Shown here: positions 36,403 through 45,870 of the stretch, in pieces
How positions within the stretch are numbered: position 1 is the first letter of the stretch
Layout of the letters: each line of letters begins with the position of its first letter
Assembly (NCBI GenBank): GCA_041476045.1
Contig: JBGOSQ010000002.1
Coordinates: forward strand, 1 to 63,061
Direction: 5' to 3'
Length of the DNA stretch: 63,061 nucleotides
Origin: Thermoplasmata archaeon
GTDB taxonomy: Archaea; Thermoplasmatota; Thermoplasmata; Lutacidiplasmatales; UBA184
The notes under the pieces: generated by a model
What the model was told of the DNA's origin: nothing
The model's input: the letters and a program-made list of their open reading frames with translations, nothing else
The model's database searches: none
Made by a program: the position numbers and the translations under genes

Positions 36403-36717
36403 TTACCCGATCATGGCGAAGATCTCCGCGTGCGGGACCCCGCCGAGATCCCCGAGACCCTCCGCGGCCACGAGGCCCTCCCGCTGCGCGATCCCGAGGA
36501 CCCGGGGGCCGAGGAGGTTCGCGACCGTCGCGCGCCGGAGCGCCCAGAGGAGCTCGTCCTCCGAGACCGGCCGCTCGCCGTAGAAGTGGGACGTGATCTT
36601 GACCGGGGTCCCGTGCGTCCCGACCCGGAGCTCCCGGCCCAAGAGCTCCTCATCGCACGCGGCGACGATGAACTCGGCGCGGACCCGGTGGACCCGCATC
36701 ACGATCCCGTTCCCCAT
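36403..36717 (-). CDS. DUF424 domain protein
   Basis: MRVHRVRAEFIVAACDEELLGRELRVG...FYGERPVSEDELL...NLLGPRVL...GVPHAEIF. The longer ORF to 36921 is rejected. Confidence 0.6.
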   Translation of the reverse strand: MGNGIVMRVHRVRAEFIVAACDEELLGRELRVGTHGTPVKITSHFYGERPVSEDELLWALRRATVANLLGPRVLGIAQREGLVAAEGLGDLGGVPHAEIFAMIG

Positions 36718-36817
36718 CCGACGAACCGCCGAGCGAGCGCACCCGGGGGTTATCTCGCCTTTGGGGTCGGTCCGGGCGTCCGCCGAGCCCGAAGGGACCG
36801 CGCGTTGCGTACGTTCG

Positions 36818-37645
36818 CTAGGCCTTCTCGCCGAAGACGCGGAGCAGGATCGCCATGTCGACGAACGACCCGTCGAGGATGCGCTCCTCCACGTTCTGGA
36901 GTGCCGTCCGGGCGTCGTCATCGGAGATCGCCCCCGCCTCCCGGAGTTCCTCGAGCGGGAGGGCGACGAGCTCCCGGACCGTTTCCGGGTCGTTCTCGCT
37001 CAAGAGGTAGGGGCTGGGGTCGATCCGGACGTTCGTGAGACCGGCGTCGCGGAACATCCGGGGGAGCTGTCGGGCGATGCCCGCGTTCGGAACCCCCTCC
37101 GCCCACTTCCGGGCGACGGCGCGCGCCACGTTACGGTCGCTCAAGGAGATCACGCGGGTGTCCCAGTCGGGTTCCGTGATGACGACCCATCCCCCTGGCC
37201 GCACGACGCGCACCATCTCCTCGAGCCCCTTCTCGGGGCCGGGAAGATGCTGGAAGACCTGGGTCGCGAGGGCGCGGTCGAAGGTGCCCGCCTCGAACGG
37301 GAGCGCGTGGACGTCCGCCTGGCGGAAATCGATCGGCAGGTCCGTTCCCCGCAATCGCTCCGTCTCCTCGTGGATCATCGTCTCCGAGTAGTCGACCGCG
37401 GTGATGCGACCCGCGGGAAGGACCAGCGGGGCCATGGCGCGGTCGAAGTCGCCCGGCCCACACCCGACCTCGAGAACGCGCAGCCCCGGGCGCAGCCGCA
37501 GGTACTCGAAGAAGGCGGGCGGATCGGCGCGCGCGGCCACGAGCCACCGTCGGCGGGTCGCGTCGAGGAGCCGGATGAACGCCTGCGGGTCCTTCGTCCG
37601 ATCGATCCGGGTCCAGTTCGATCGCGTCGGCTCGCCTCGGGCCAT
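36818..37645 (-). CDS. class I SAM-dependent methyltransferase
   Basis: Motif I LRVLEVGCGPGDF. ATG 37645 lies just downstream of the mcm stop. Confidence 0.8.
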   Translation of the reverse strand: MARGEPTRSNWTRIDRTKDPQAFIRLLDATRRRWLVAARADPPAFFEYLRLRPGLRVLEVGCGPGDFDRAMAPLVLPAGRITAVDYSETMIHEETERLRGTDLPIDFRQADVHALPFEAGTFDRALATQVFQHLPGPEKGLEEMVRVVRPGGWVVITEPDWDTRVISLSDRNVARAVARKWAEGVPNAGIARQLPRMFRDAGLTNVRIDPSPYLLSENDPETVRELVALPLEELREAGAISDDDARTALQNVEERILDGSFVDMAILLRVFGEKA

Positions 37646-37652
37646 GGAGCGC

Positions 37653-39764
37653 TCAGAACCGGACGAGCTGCCAGCGACCGTTCCGGACCTCGGCGATCTC
37701 GCCCTGCTGACGGAGCATCTGGAAGAGCGTCTCCGCGCGGGAACGCTGGATCCCGATCTTGTCGACCTCCCGGAGGAGGTCGTCCAACAGGAACGTGCCG
37801 CCGCCCTCCCCCTGGAGCCTTCGCATCGTGTCCTGGATCGCATCGATCCGCTCGCGCTGGCTGTGGCTCACGCCCGTCGTCACGACGTCGATGTCGAGCT
37901 TCTCGTTCGGCGGGGTGATCCGGTCGAGGAACTTCTGGACGATCCGCGTCGCGCGGCGCGCGTCCTCGACGTCGACGACCGAGGAGAGCCGAGCGCGCGC
38001 GGAGGCCTCGCTCAATCGAACGAGGGCCTCGAGCTGCCGCGCGGTGATCGGAACCGGCGAGTTCGGTTCGACGCCCTTCGAGCGGACCCCGACGTAGAAG
38101 TCCTCGAGCACCTGGGAGGCCTCGTTCGAGAGCACGGGGCGTACGGTCCGCCGGGCGTAGGCGATGTACTTTCGCAGGAACTCCGGCGGGAACGGCGCTC
38201 CCGAGGAGGGAGCGACCTCGGAGAACCCGAACATCGCCTCGCGCGCCTCCCCCTCCTGGTGGGAGAGGAGGATGCGGCTCGCGAGGAGACGGTCGCGCTC
38301 GGGCTCCGGGCGGTCCTGGATCGAGTAGATCACGTCGAACCGCGAGAGAAGCGTCGGGGGAAGGTCGATCTGCTCCGCGATGAACTTCTCCCGGTTGAAA
38401 CGGCCCCACTTGGGGTTCGCCGCGGCGAGGACGGGGCATCGCGCGTTGAGCGTCGCGGTGATCCCGGCCTTCGCGATCGAGACGGTCTGTTGTTCCAGCG
38501 CCTCGTGCATCGCCGAGCGGTCCTCCGGGCTCATCTTGTCCAGCTCGTCGATGACCGCGATCCCGCCGTCGGCGAGGACGAGCATCCCGGCCTCGAGGAC
38601 CCAGCGCCCGCCGGCGAAATCGTCCTTGACGGCGGCTGCCGTGAGCCCGGCGGCGGTCGCTCCTTTCCCGGAGGTGTAGATGCCGCGGGGCGCGACGTCG
38701 GCGACGTACCGGAGGAGCTGGCTCTTCGCGGTCCCCGGGTCCCCGACGAGGAGGATGTGGATGTCCCCGCGGACCCGGATCCCGTCGGGGTGACGTTTCT
38801 CGACCCCGCCGAAGAGCTGGAGCGCGATCGCCTCCTTCTCGTCCTCCATCCCCTTGATCGTGGGGGCGAGCGAGAGGACCACCTGGTCGACGACGTTGGG
38901 ATCGCCACGGAACTTGAGGATGAGCTGGACGTCCTCCTCGGGGATCTCGATCTCCCCGAACTCGAGCTGCTGGTACTCGATCGAGTTGCCGAGCATCATC
39001 AGATCGAACGTCGTGCTCCGGATCACCCCGGAGCGCGAGGCCGAGGCCCGCTGGAGGCTCTTCAGGACCCCGTTGACGATGATGCGGTTACCGGGAAGTA
39101 CCCGTCCGGTGAGGTCCTCGGTCAGGAGGACCGCGAGGCCCTGCGGGTGGGCGCCGCCCTTGAGGCTCTCCGGGTTCTCCTGGATCTCGATCCGCTGCGA
39201 GTCGACGAACGTCGACCGTTCCGGCATCAGACGGAACCGGGTCCGGCCCGCGGGCTTCCCGCAGCTCGGACACTCGAGCGGCTCGCGGAGGACGGGGGAG
39301 CCGTCGTCCTGGATCTCGTGGATCTCGGAGCGGCACGCGAGGCAGGAGAAGACCGCGTCGCGGATCTGCGGGCGGACCTCGGTCGCCTTCCGCACGATCC
39401 CTTCGATCGCGAGAAATCGCTGGAGGTCGGACTCGCGGATCTCTCGGACGGTCCGGACGGAGACGCTCGGAAGGCCCGTCACACGGAGGCGGAGCCCCTC
39501 GCTCTCCGGTCCCGCCACCGGAATGAGCTCGCGCATCGCACGGGCCCCGGCCTGCAGGACCTCCTCGGGCTTTTCGAGCAAAAGGTCCGCGAGCGGGGTG
39601 TCCGCGCTCTCGATCTGCGAGAAAGGGACCTCGAGCGAGCGTTCCTCCGGGAACCGATCGGCGACCTCGAGGATGCGCGAACGCAGGTCCGCCTCCTCGA
39701 TCACCTGCACCCACCGGCCCGTGAGCTCCGGGGGCGCGGGCAACGACCGGCTGACGGCGACCAT
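37653..39764 (-). CDS. mcm: MCM replicative helicase
   Basis: Zn motif CLACRSE...CPSCG, Walker A LLVGDPGTAKSQ, Walker B VIDELDKM, and the SRFD arginine-finger region. 703 aa with no intein. Confidence 0.93.
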   Translation of the reverse strand: MVAVSRSLPAPPELTGRWVQVIEEADLRSRILEVADRFPEERSLEVPFSQIESADTPLADLLLEKPEEVLQAGARAMRELIPVAGPESEGLRLRVTGLPSVSVRTVREIRESDLQRFLAIEGIVRKATEVRPQIRDAVFSCLACRSEIHEIQDDGSPVLREPLECPSCGKPAGRTRFRLMPERSTFVDSQRIEIQENPESLKGGAHPQGLAVLLTEDLTGRVLPGNRIIVNGVLKSLQRASASRSGVIRSTTFDLMMLGNSIEYQQLEFGEIEIPEEDVQLILKFRGDPNVVDQVVLSLAPTIKGMEDEKEAIALQLFGGVEKRHPDGIRVRGDIHILLVGDPGTAKSQLLRYVADVAPRGIYTSGKGATAAGLTAAAVKDDFAGGRWVLEAGMLVLADGGIAVIDELDKMSPEDRSAMHEALEQQTVSIAKAGITATLNARCPVLAAANPKWGRFNREKFIAEQIDLPPTLLSRFDVIYSIQDRPEPERDRLLASRILLSHQEGEAREAMFGFSEVAPSSGAPFPPEFLRKYIAYARRTVRPVLSNEASQVLEDFYVGVRSKGVEPNSPVPITARQLEALVRLSEASARARLSSVVDVEDARRATRIVQKFLDRITPPNEKLDIDVVTTGVSHSQRERIDAIQDTMRRLQGEGGGTFLLDDLLREVDKIGIQRSRAETLFQMLRQQGEIAEVRNGRWQLVRF

Positions 39765-39776
39765 CGTGAGTTCCTC

Positions 39777-41087
39777 CTAGGGGTCCAGTCGGTAACGGTC
39801 CCGGGGGAATAACCGTGCCTCTCGAACGTTGGGAAGGCCGGCCAAGTACCAGACGAGGCGGTCGATCCCGAACCCCCAGCCCCCGTGGGGAGGCATCCCG
39901 AACCGGAACGCTTCCAGGTACCCGCCGAAGTCCTCCGGGCGGAGTCCCGCGGCCGCGATGTTCGCGAGCAACCGGTCCAGCCGGTGCTCCCGGGGGCCGC
40001 CGCTCGCGAGCTCGAGGCCACGGAAGTCGAGGTCAAAATAGCCCGTGAGCGACGGGTCGTCGTCGCGGCGCTGGGCGTAGAAGGTGTGGGCCTTCACCGC
40101 GGTCGGGAAATCGGTGATGAAGTAGAACGTGGCGTTATGGTCCTTCTGGGCGATCTCCCCCACGCGCTTCTCGTCCTCGGTCCCGAGGTCCTGATTGGCG
40201 CCCGGGCGTCCGAGCCATCGCTCGATCTCGGCGAAGGTGAAGCGAGGGAACGGCAGCGTAGCCTCCGGGATCCCATCGGCGAGGGGATTCGCCTCGTCGC
40301 CGAGGCGGCCCTTGGCATGTCGGAGCGCGCCCGCGACGACCGTCTCGAGCTCGGTCTGGACGTCCGCCGCCCCGTCGATGTACGCGAGCTCGGCGTCGAG
40401 GCTCGTGAACTCCGTGATGTGGCGGATAGTATCCGACGGCTCGGCCCGGAACGCCGGACCGATCTCGAAGACCCGCTCGAAGCCGGCGCCCATCAGCATC
40501 TGCTTGTAGAGCTGCGGGCTCTGCGCGAGGTACGCCTTCTGATCGAAGTACTGGACGGGGAACAACGTCGCCCCGCCCTCCGCTCCCTGCCGGAGGAGCT
40601 TCGGGGTCTCGACCTCGAGGTACCCGCGCTCGGTGAACACGTGGCGGAAGCCCTCGAGCAGCGCGGCCCGGAGGTGGAAGACGTTCTGGACGGCGGGCTT
40701 GCGGAGATCGATGACCCGGTGGTTGAGACGGGTGTCGAGCTCGGCACCGACCTTGTCGACGACGCCGAGCGGAAGCGGCACTTCGGCGGTGCTGACGACC
40801 TCGACCGCGTCGGGCACGAGCTCGACGCCCCGTCGGGCCTTCGTCGATTTCTGGACGGTGCCGTGGACCGTGACGATCGATTCGCGCGGCAGCGTCCCCA
40901 AAAGCTCGAAGAGCCGGGCGTCGGTCACGCCTTTCTTGAGCGTGACCTGCGTCGAGCCGGACCGGTCCCGGACGAGGGCGAACGCGACGCCGCCCAGGGC
41001 GCGGTACTCCTCCAGGTGACCGGAGATCCGAACGACCTGACCGTCGAGTTCGGAGAGCTCACGCGCCAGCCGGCGGGGCGGGGACAG
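39777..41087 (-). CDS. aspS: aspartyl-tRNA synthetase (archaeal type); start codon non-canonical or uncertain
   Basis: Class II motifs GPAFRAEPS and GGWGFGIDRL. The OB-domain residues ELSELDGQVVRISGHLEEYRALGGVAFALVRDRSGSTQV lie upstream of the first ATG/GTG/TTG (GTG 40928). CTG 41087 follows GGAGGTG plus a 7-nt spacer. Confidence 0.88.
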   Translation of the reverse strand: MSPPRRLARELSELDGQVVRISGHLEEYRALGGVAFALVRDRSGSTQVTLKKGVTDARLFELLGTLPRESIVTVHGTVQKSTKARRGVELVPDAVEVVSTAEVPLPLGVVDKVGAELDTRLNHRVIDLRKPAVQNVFHLRAALLEGFRHVFTERGYLEVETPKLLRQGAEGGATLFPVQYFDQKAYLAQSPQLYKQMLMGAGFERVFEIGPAFRAEPSDTIRHITEFTSLDAELAYIDGAADVQTELETVVAGALRHAKGRLGDEANPLADGIPEATLPFPRFTFAEIERWLGRPGANQDLGTEDEKRVGEIAQKDHNATFYFITDFPTAVKAHTFYAQRRDDDPSLTGYFDLDFRGLELASGGPREHRLDRLLANIAAAGLRPEDFGGYLEAFRFGMPPHGGWGFGIDRLVWYLAGLPNVREARLFPRDRYRLDP

Positions 41088-42693
41088 GGGCGGGCACCTC
41101 CTTGCGCGCGAGCGCGGCCTTGATGAGCTCGAGGTAGAGCGGGTGGGGCGCCTCGGGGCGGGTCAGGAACTCCGGGTGATACTGGACGCCGACGAAGAAC
41201 GGGTGGTCCTGGATCTCGAGCGCCTCGACGCGCCCGTCGACCGAGCGGCCGCTGACGACGAGGCCGTGCTCGCGGAACCGCTCGATGTAGGCCGGGTTGA
41301 TCTCGAACCGGTGGCGGTGCCGCTCCCAGATCTCGGTCCGGCCGTACGCCTCCGAGACCCGCGTGGACGGTTCGAGCAGGACGCGCTGCGCACCGAGCCG
41401 CATCGTGCCGCCCAGGTCGGCCGTCGCGCGCTGCTCCTCGAGAAGACAGACGACGGGATCGGGCGTGTGCGGGTCGACCTCGGTCGTGTTCGCCAGAGGG
41501 AGCGCGAGGACGTTGCGCGCGAACTCGATCGCCGCCATCTGGAAGCCATAGCACACCCCGAGGTACGGGATCCCCCGGGTCCGCGCGGTCTCGATCGCCA
41601 GGATCTTCCCCTCGATCCCGCGCGAGCCGAAGCCCCCCGGAACGAGGATGGCATCCGAGCGCGCGATGCGACCCATCGCCCCCGGGTTCCGCGGCAGGTC
41701 CTCGGAGTCGTACCACTGGAGGTGGATCGCGGCGCCGAGCCTCCCCTGGACGTGGTGGAACGCCTCGATGTGCGAGAGGTAGGCGTCGCGGAGCTCGGTG
41801 TACTTCCCGACCATCGCGACCTCGAGGTGCGCGGATTCGCGCCGGTAGGTGTCGAGGAACGCCTTCCAGGTCGTGAAGTCCGGCTCGCGCTCCGGGAGCC
41901 CGAGGAGCCGGGTGAGGTAGCTCCCGACACCCTGTGCCTCGAGGACGAGGGGTACATCGTAGATGAGGGACTGGTCGGGGACGGAGATGACCGCCTCGGG
42001 GGAGACGTCGCAGAACAGCGAGATCTTCGCCTTGATGTCGGGGGAGAGCGGCGCCGGACCGCGCGCGACGATCATCGTCGGCCGGATCCCGATCGCCCGG
42101 AGCTCGCGGACCGAGTGCTGGGTCGGCTTCGTCTTCGCTTCGCCGACCGGTCCGACGACCGGGACGAGCGTCGTGTGGACGAACGCCATGTGGCCCTCGC
42201 CCAGCTCGTAGGAGAGCTCGCGGAGCGCCTCGAGGAACGGCATCGACTCGATGTCACCGACCGTGCCTCCGACCTCGACGAGGACGACCTCGGCTCCGGA
42301 AGACTGGGCGACCTCGCGGATCGTCCGCTTGATCTCGCCGGTGACGTGGGGGATGATCTGGACGGTGTTGCCGAGGTAGTCGCCGCGCCGCTCCTTCTCG
42401 ATGACCGCGCGGTAGATCTTCCCCGTGGTGAGGTTGTGCGTGCCGTTCAAGCTCTGGCCCAGGAACCGCTCGTAGTTGCCGAGGTCCAGGTCGGCCTCGG
42501 TCCCGTCGTCGAGCACGAACACCTCGCCGTGCTGGTACGGGTTCATCGTCCCGGCGTCGACGTTGAGATACGGGTCGATCTTGACGATCGTGACGGAGAT
42601 GCCACGCGCCTTCAGAATGCGGCCGAGCGACGACGTCGTGATCCCCTTTCCGAGACCGGAGATAACGCCTCCACTGACCACGATTACTTTCAC
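41059..42693 (-). CDS. pyrG: CTP synthase
   Basis: N-terminus MKVIVVSGGVISGLGKGI and the GATase motif GVCYGFQ. Length is 544 aa. Confidence 0.95.
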   Translation of the reverse strand: MKVIVVSGGVISGLGKGITTSSLGRILKARGISVTIVKIDPYLNVDAGTMNPYQHGEVFVLDDGTEADLDLGNYERFLGQSLNGTHNLTTGKIYRAVIEKERRGDYLGNTVQIIPHVTGEIKRTIREVAQSSGAEVVLVEVGGTVGDIESMPFLEALRELSYELGEGHMAFVHTTLVPVVGPVGEAKTKPTQHSVRELRAIGIRPTMIVARGPAPLSPDIKAKISLFCDVSPEAVISVPDQSLIYDVPLVLEAQGVGSYLTRLLGLPEREPDFTTWKAFLDTYRRESAHLEVAMVGKYTELRDAYLSHIEAFHHVQGRLGAAIHLQWYDSEDLPRNPGAMGRIARSDAILVPGGFGSRGIEGKILAIETARTRGIPYLGVCYGFQMAAIEFARNVLALPLANTTEVDPHTPDPVVCLLEEQRATADLGGTMRLGAQRVLLEPSTRVSEAYGRTEIWERHRHRFEINPAYIERFREHGLVVSGRSVDGRVEALEIQDHPFFVGVQYHPEFLTRPEAPHPLYLELIKAALARKEVPAPVPAPPAGA

Positions 42694-42805
42694 AAAACGA
42701 CCCCGCGCGCGGTAGAGGAATGCCTGCTTAAAGACTGCTCTCGTTAGATGGTGAAACGGCGCTCACTCCGGGCGATGGAACACGCGCCAGGCGCGGTCGC
42801 AACGC

Positions 42806-43540
42806 CTACCGGCTCGTGGAGGCAAGCGGGCGCTTGCACTTGCGGCAGTTCGTGATCCACGGCTCGTTGACCGTTCCGCACGAGGCGCACGTCAGGTTCG
42901 CCCGCTGGCCCGCCACGGGCTGCGGCGCAGCGGCGATCCTCGGGTCCCCGGCGTATTGGGACGGGTCCTCGGCCTGCCGCGGCGGGGCCGCTCGGACCGG
43001 GGCCTCCATCATGGGCGTGACCGGCGGAGGAGCGGCGTAGATCCTCTCGGCGGGAGATTCCTCGGCCACCGACGGCGCGCTCGCGCGCTCCGCACGGACG
43101 CTCGGTCGGCGGAAGGAGAGCGCCATCACGACGACCCCGACGAGGAGCAGGACGATGCCGATCAGGATGAGGAGCGTGATCCCCATGATCGTCACCGTGG
43201 CCGGCACGGAGATCGGGGTTCCGTACTCGGTCAGGGCGTACGCGTGGCCCGCGGTGAGACTGACGGAGAGGGTTCCCGAGGCGCCCGAGGCATTGGCCAA
43301 TTCCGCGCCTAGTCCCACGCAGTCCGAGGTGGTGCACTCGTAGAGGACGACGTGGGTGGTGCTGGTACCGCCGGTCCAGTGGACCGTGAAGGTGCCCGAG
43401 CCCGCCAGGGGCGGCGCGGGCGACACCGCGTTCGGCCATGCCACGATCGCGACAGAGCTCCCGATGAACATCGGGTAGGCGATGGAGACGAGTCCGATGA
43501 GGAGGATAATGACCCCCGTGATGAACAGGCCCTTGCGCAT
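42806..43540 (-). CDS. membrane protein with C-terminal zinc ribbon
   Basis: Two TM helices flank an extracytoplasmic domain, followed by a Pro-rich linker. The C-terminus is CASCGTVNEPWITNCRKC. ATG 43540 is preferred. Confidence 0.55.
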   Translation of the reverse strand: MRKGLFITGVIILLIGLVSIAYPMFIGSSVAIVAWPNAVSPAPPLAGSGTFTVHWTGGTSTTHVVLYECTTSDCVGLGAELANASGASGTLSVSLTAGHAYALTEYGTPISVPATVTIMGITLLILIGIVLLLVGVVVMALSFRRPSVRAERASAPSVAEESPAERIYAAPPPVTPMMEAPVRAAPPRQAEDPSQYAGDPRIAAAPQPVAGQRANLTCASCGTVNEPWITNCRKCKRPLASTSR

Positions 43541-43650
43541 GAGGACGGGCCACGGCCAGCAGTAGTCAAAAGCATTGGCCCCCGACACGCCCCCCGGCCC
43601 TTACCGCGGGGAGAAGCGCACGGGGTCGAGATTCCGGAACGCCGCTCGTC

Positions 43651-44520
43651 CTACGGGACGGATGGTGAATCGGCGGGTGCGGGACTCGTCCGGTATGGGC
43701 GACGGCGTCCCGAGGCGTCGCGGAAGAACTCGCCGAACCCGCTCGCCTCCATGAGCTCCTTCCCCGGGAACACCGGCCCGTCGATGCACACGTGCCGTCG
43801 CCCGAGCGCACAGGCGTCGCAGAGACCGAGCCCGCACTTCATCCACCGCTCGACCGAGCAGTAGACGGGCACGCTGCGCGCGCCGGAGGAGACGATCACC
43901 TTGCGCATCATGATCTCGGGGCCGCACGTCCAGACGGCATCGAACTCCTGGTGACCCAACAGACCGTCCACCGCCTGGGTGACGTAGCCGGGCTGTCCCA
44001 TGCTCCCGTCGTCGGTCGCCAAATGCAGGACCGCTCCCATCGCGCGGAACCGGTCCGCAAAGAGGAGCTCCGACTCCGTCGTCGCGCCGAGGGCCACCGC
44101 CACGTCGCTGCCGCCCCGGATCGCCGCCTCCGCGGCGGGGGCCAGGACGGCCGCTCCCGATCCTCCCGCGACGATAAGGATCCGGCGGGGCGACAGGTCG
44201 AACCGGTTCCCGTACGGCCCTCGGATCCCGAGGACGGTGCCCGCATCGATCGACTGGATGCGGCGACTCGCGTCGCCCATCACCTTGACGGTGATCCCCT
44301 TGGTCGGCCCCGTGTAGGACAGCGACATCGGCAGCTCGTCGACCCCGGGTACCCAGACCATGACGAACTGTCCGGGCGCGGCCGGAGCCGTGTCCTCGAA
44401 CCGGAGCGTGACCGTGCTGGGGGTCTCGCCGACCCGCTCCCGGACCCGGACGATGCGTCGCACGGCCGGGCCTATCCGACGCCGTACATAGCCGTGCCAC
44501 GCCGTTGTCGGGGGACTCAC
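43651..44520 (-). CDS. pyrK: dihydroorotate dehydrogenase electron-transfer subunit (PyrK-like)
   Basis: GQFVMVW, RGPYGNRF, IVAGGSGAAVLAP and the C-terminal 2Fe-2S motif MKCGLGLCDAC...C. Confidence 0.8.
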   Translation of the reverse strand: MSPPTTAWHGYVRRRIGPAVRRIVRVRERVGETPSTVTLRFEDTAPAAPGQFVMVWVPGVDELPMSLSYTGPTKGITVKVMGDASRRIQSIDAGTVLGIRGPYGNRFDLSPRRILIVAGGSGAAVLAPAAEAAIRGGSDVAVALGATTESELLFADRFRAMGAVLHLATDDGSMGQPGYVTQAVDGLLGHQEFDAVWTCGPEIMMRKVIVSSGARSVPVYCSVERWMKCGLGLCDACALGRRHVCIDGPVFPGKELMEASGFGEFFRDASGRRRPYRTSPAPADSPSVP

Positions 44521-44603
44521 TCAAAGCGCCCCGCCGGGGAAAGGGTTCTCGATCCGCTCCCGCGCCAGCCTTCGCCGGCGCGTTCCTGCCTCCCTCGGGA
44601 ACT

Positions 44604-45011
44604 CTACTTCCCCAGGCTGGCGTCGATGATCGGCGGCCAGAGGAGCAGGACCGCGATGATCATCAGGACCAGCGCGAAGAGCATCCAGAGCTGGGTCCGC
44701 ATCTCGGTCCGGTTGCGGAGCGCGAAATGGAGCCCGACCCAGCTTCCGAACCAGCCCAGGAGCATGAACGTCTCCAGGCCGGAGTAGGGTCCGATCGCGG
44801 TCCCGTCCGGGACCCACAGCTTGCCGACGCTGAACACCCAGTCGAGGAAGCCGGCGCTGGCCTCCGTCCCGTAGTTCACGATCGACAGCGTCATCATCCC
44901 GAACGCCGCGGCCAGGATCGCCGCGACCCCGGCGCCCGGACGGATCGCGGGAAGTTCGACCGCTGGCGTGACCTGGGCCGACACCGCGGCCGTGCTCGTT
45001 GCTGCTTCCAT
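44604..45011 (-). CDS. small integral membrane protein (about 3 TM), unknown function
   Basis: 135 aa with hydrophobic helices and good GC3 bias. Lies 13 nt downstream of the preceding membrane-protein gene. Confidence 0.55.
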   Translation of the reverse strand: MEAATSTAAVSAQVTPAVELPAIRPGAGVAAILAAAFGMMTLSIVNYGTEASAGFLDWVFSVGKLWVPDGTAIGPYSGLETFMLLGWFGSWVGLHFALRNRTEMRTQLWMLFALVLMIIAVLLLWPPIIDASLGK

Positions 45012-45024
45012 CTTCCTTTCCTCC

Positions 45025-45684
45025 TCAGTGCACCGGGGACAGCTTCGTGATCTCCGCTCCCAGCGCGAAGACGACCATCAGGGCGACCCAGCCGATCAGG
45101 AACGCGAGCGCGACGCCCGCGCGCAGGTACTTGTTCGTCAGGATCCCCTTGTCATAGTACCAGAGCGCGAAGGCGGCACCCACCATGATCGGGAGGGTGA
45201 ACAGCGCCAGGTGCTCCTTGAACTCGAAAAAGATGTTGTGGACGTCGGGGCTCGACACGAGCAGGACCGACTTCGCCCCGCCCTTGGCGCGGTACGCCGT
45301 GTAGACCCAGTTGCCGAAGACGATCGTGAAGAAGGACATCGCGGCGGAAAATCCCGAGAGCCACTTCAGATCGCGGAGATGGGAGGCGTCCCCCAGGTAG
45401 AGGCGCCAGGCGAGGTACAGCGAGATCGTCGCCGCGAGGACGAACATGGTGGCGGCGAGGCCGTGGATCGCCAATACCCAGCTCATCTGCGAGCCTCCGA
45501 AGAGGTCGCTGATCGGGGAGCTGATGAGCACCAGCACCGCGATCGCGGCCATCGATCCCACGACGACGATCAGCATCGTCAGCAGCGACGGGTCCAATTT
45601 CCGGATCCATCCGAATCCGGTACCTTCCGCATCGCGCTGACCTTCCGCCAGGCCGCTCCCATTTCCGTACTCCGTTGCGGTCAT
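45025..45684 (-). CDS. integral membrane protein (about 5 TM), unknown function
   Basis: 219 aa with conserved-looking His in or near helices (IHGLAA, FKEHLALF). Lies between pyrD and pyrK. Confidence 0.6.
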   Translation of the reverse strand: MTATEYGNGSGLAEGQRDAEGTGFGWIRKLDPSLLTMLIVVVGSMAAIAVLVLISSPISDLFGGSQMSWVLAIHGLAATMFVLAATISLYLAWRLYLGDASHLRDLKWLSGFSAAMSFFTIVFGNWVYTAYRAKGGAKSVLLVSSPDVHNIFFEFKEHLALFTLPIMVGAAFALWYYDKGILTNKYLRAGVALAFLIGWVALMVVFALGAEITKLSPVH

Positions 45685-45870
45685 TTGGCTCCAGACGCCC
45701 GAGGCGTCTCGATGGCTCGAGCGCCGGACCTAGTCCTTGAACGCGAGGTCAAGGCGGGTTGACCCAAGGGCGAAAGAACGTCCCATCACGATGACGGCCG
45801 ATCCAGATGTGCGCGGCACTCGCGCCGGGTTCGCGGGTGCTCCACGGCCGGATCGCCCCGTGCCGCCGCC

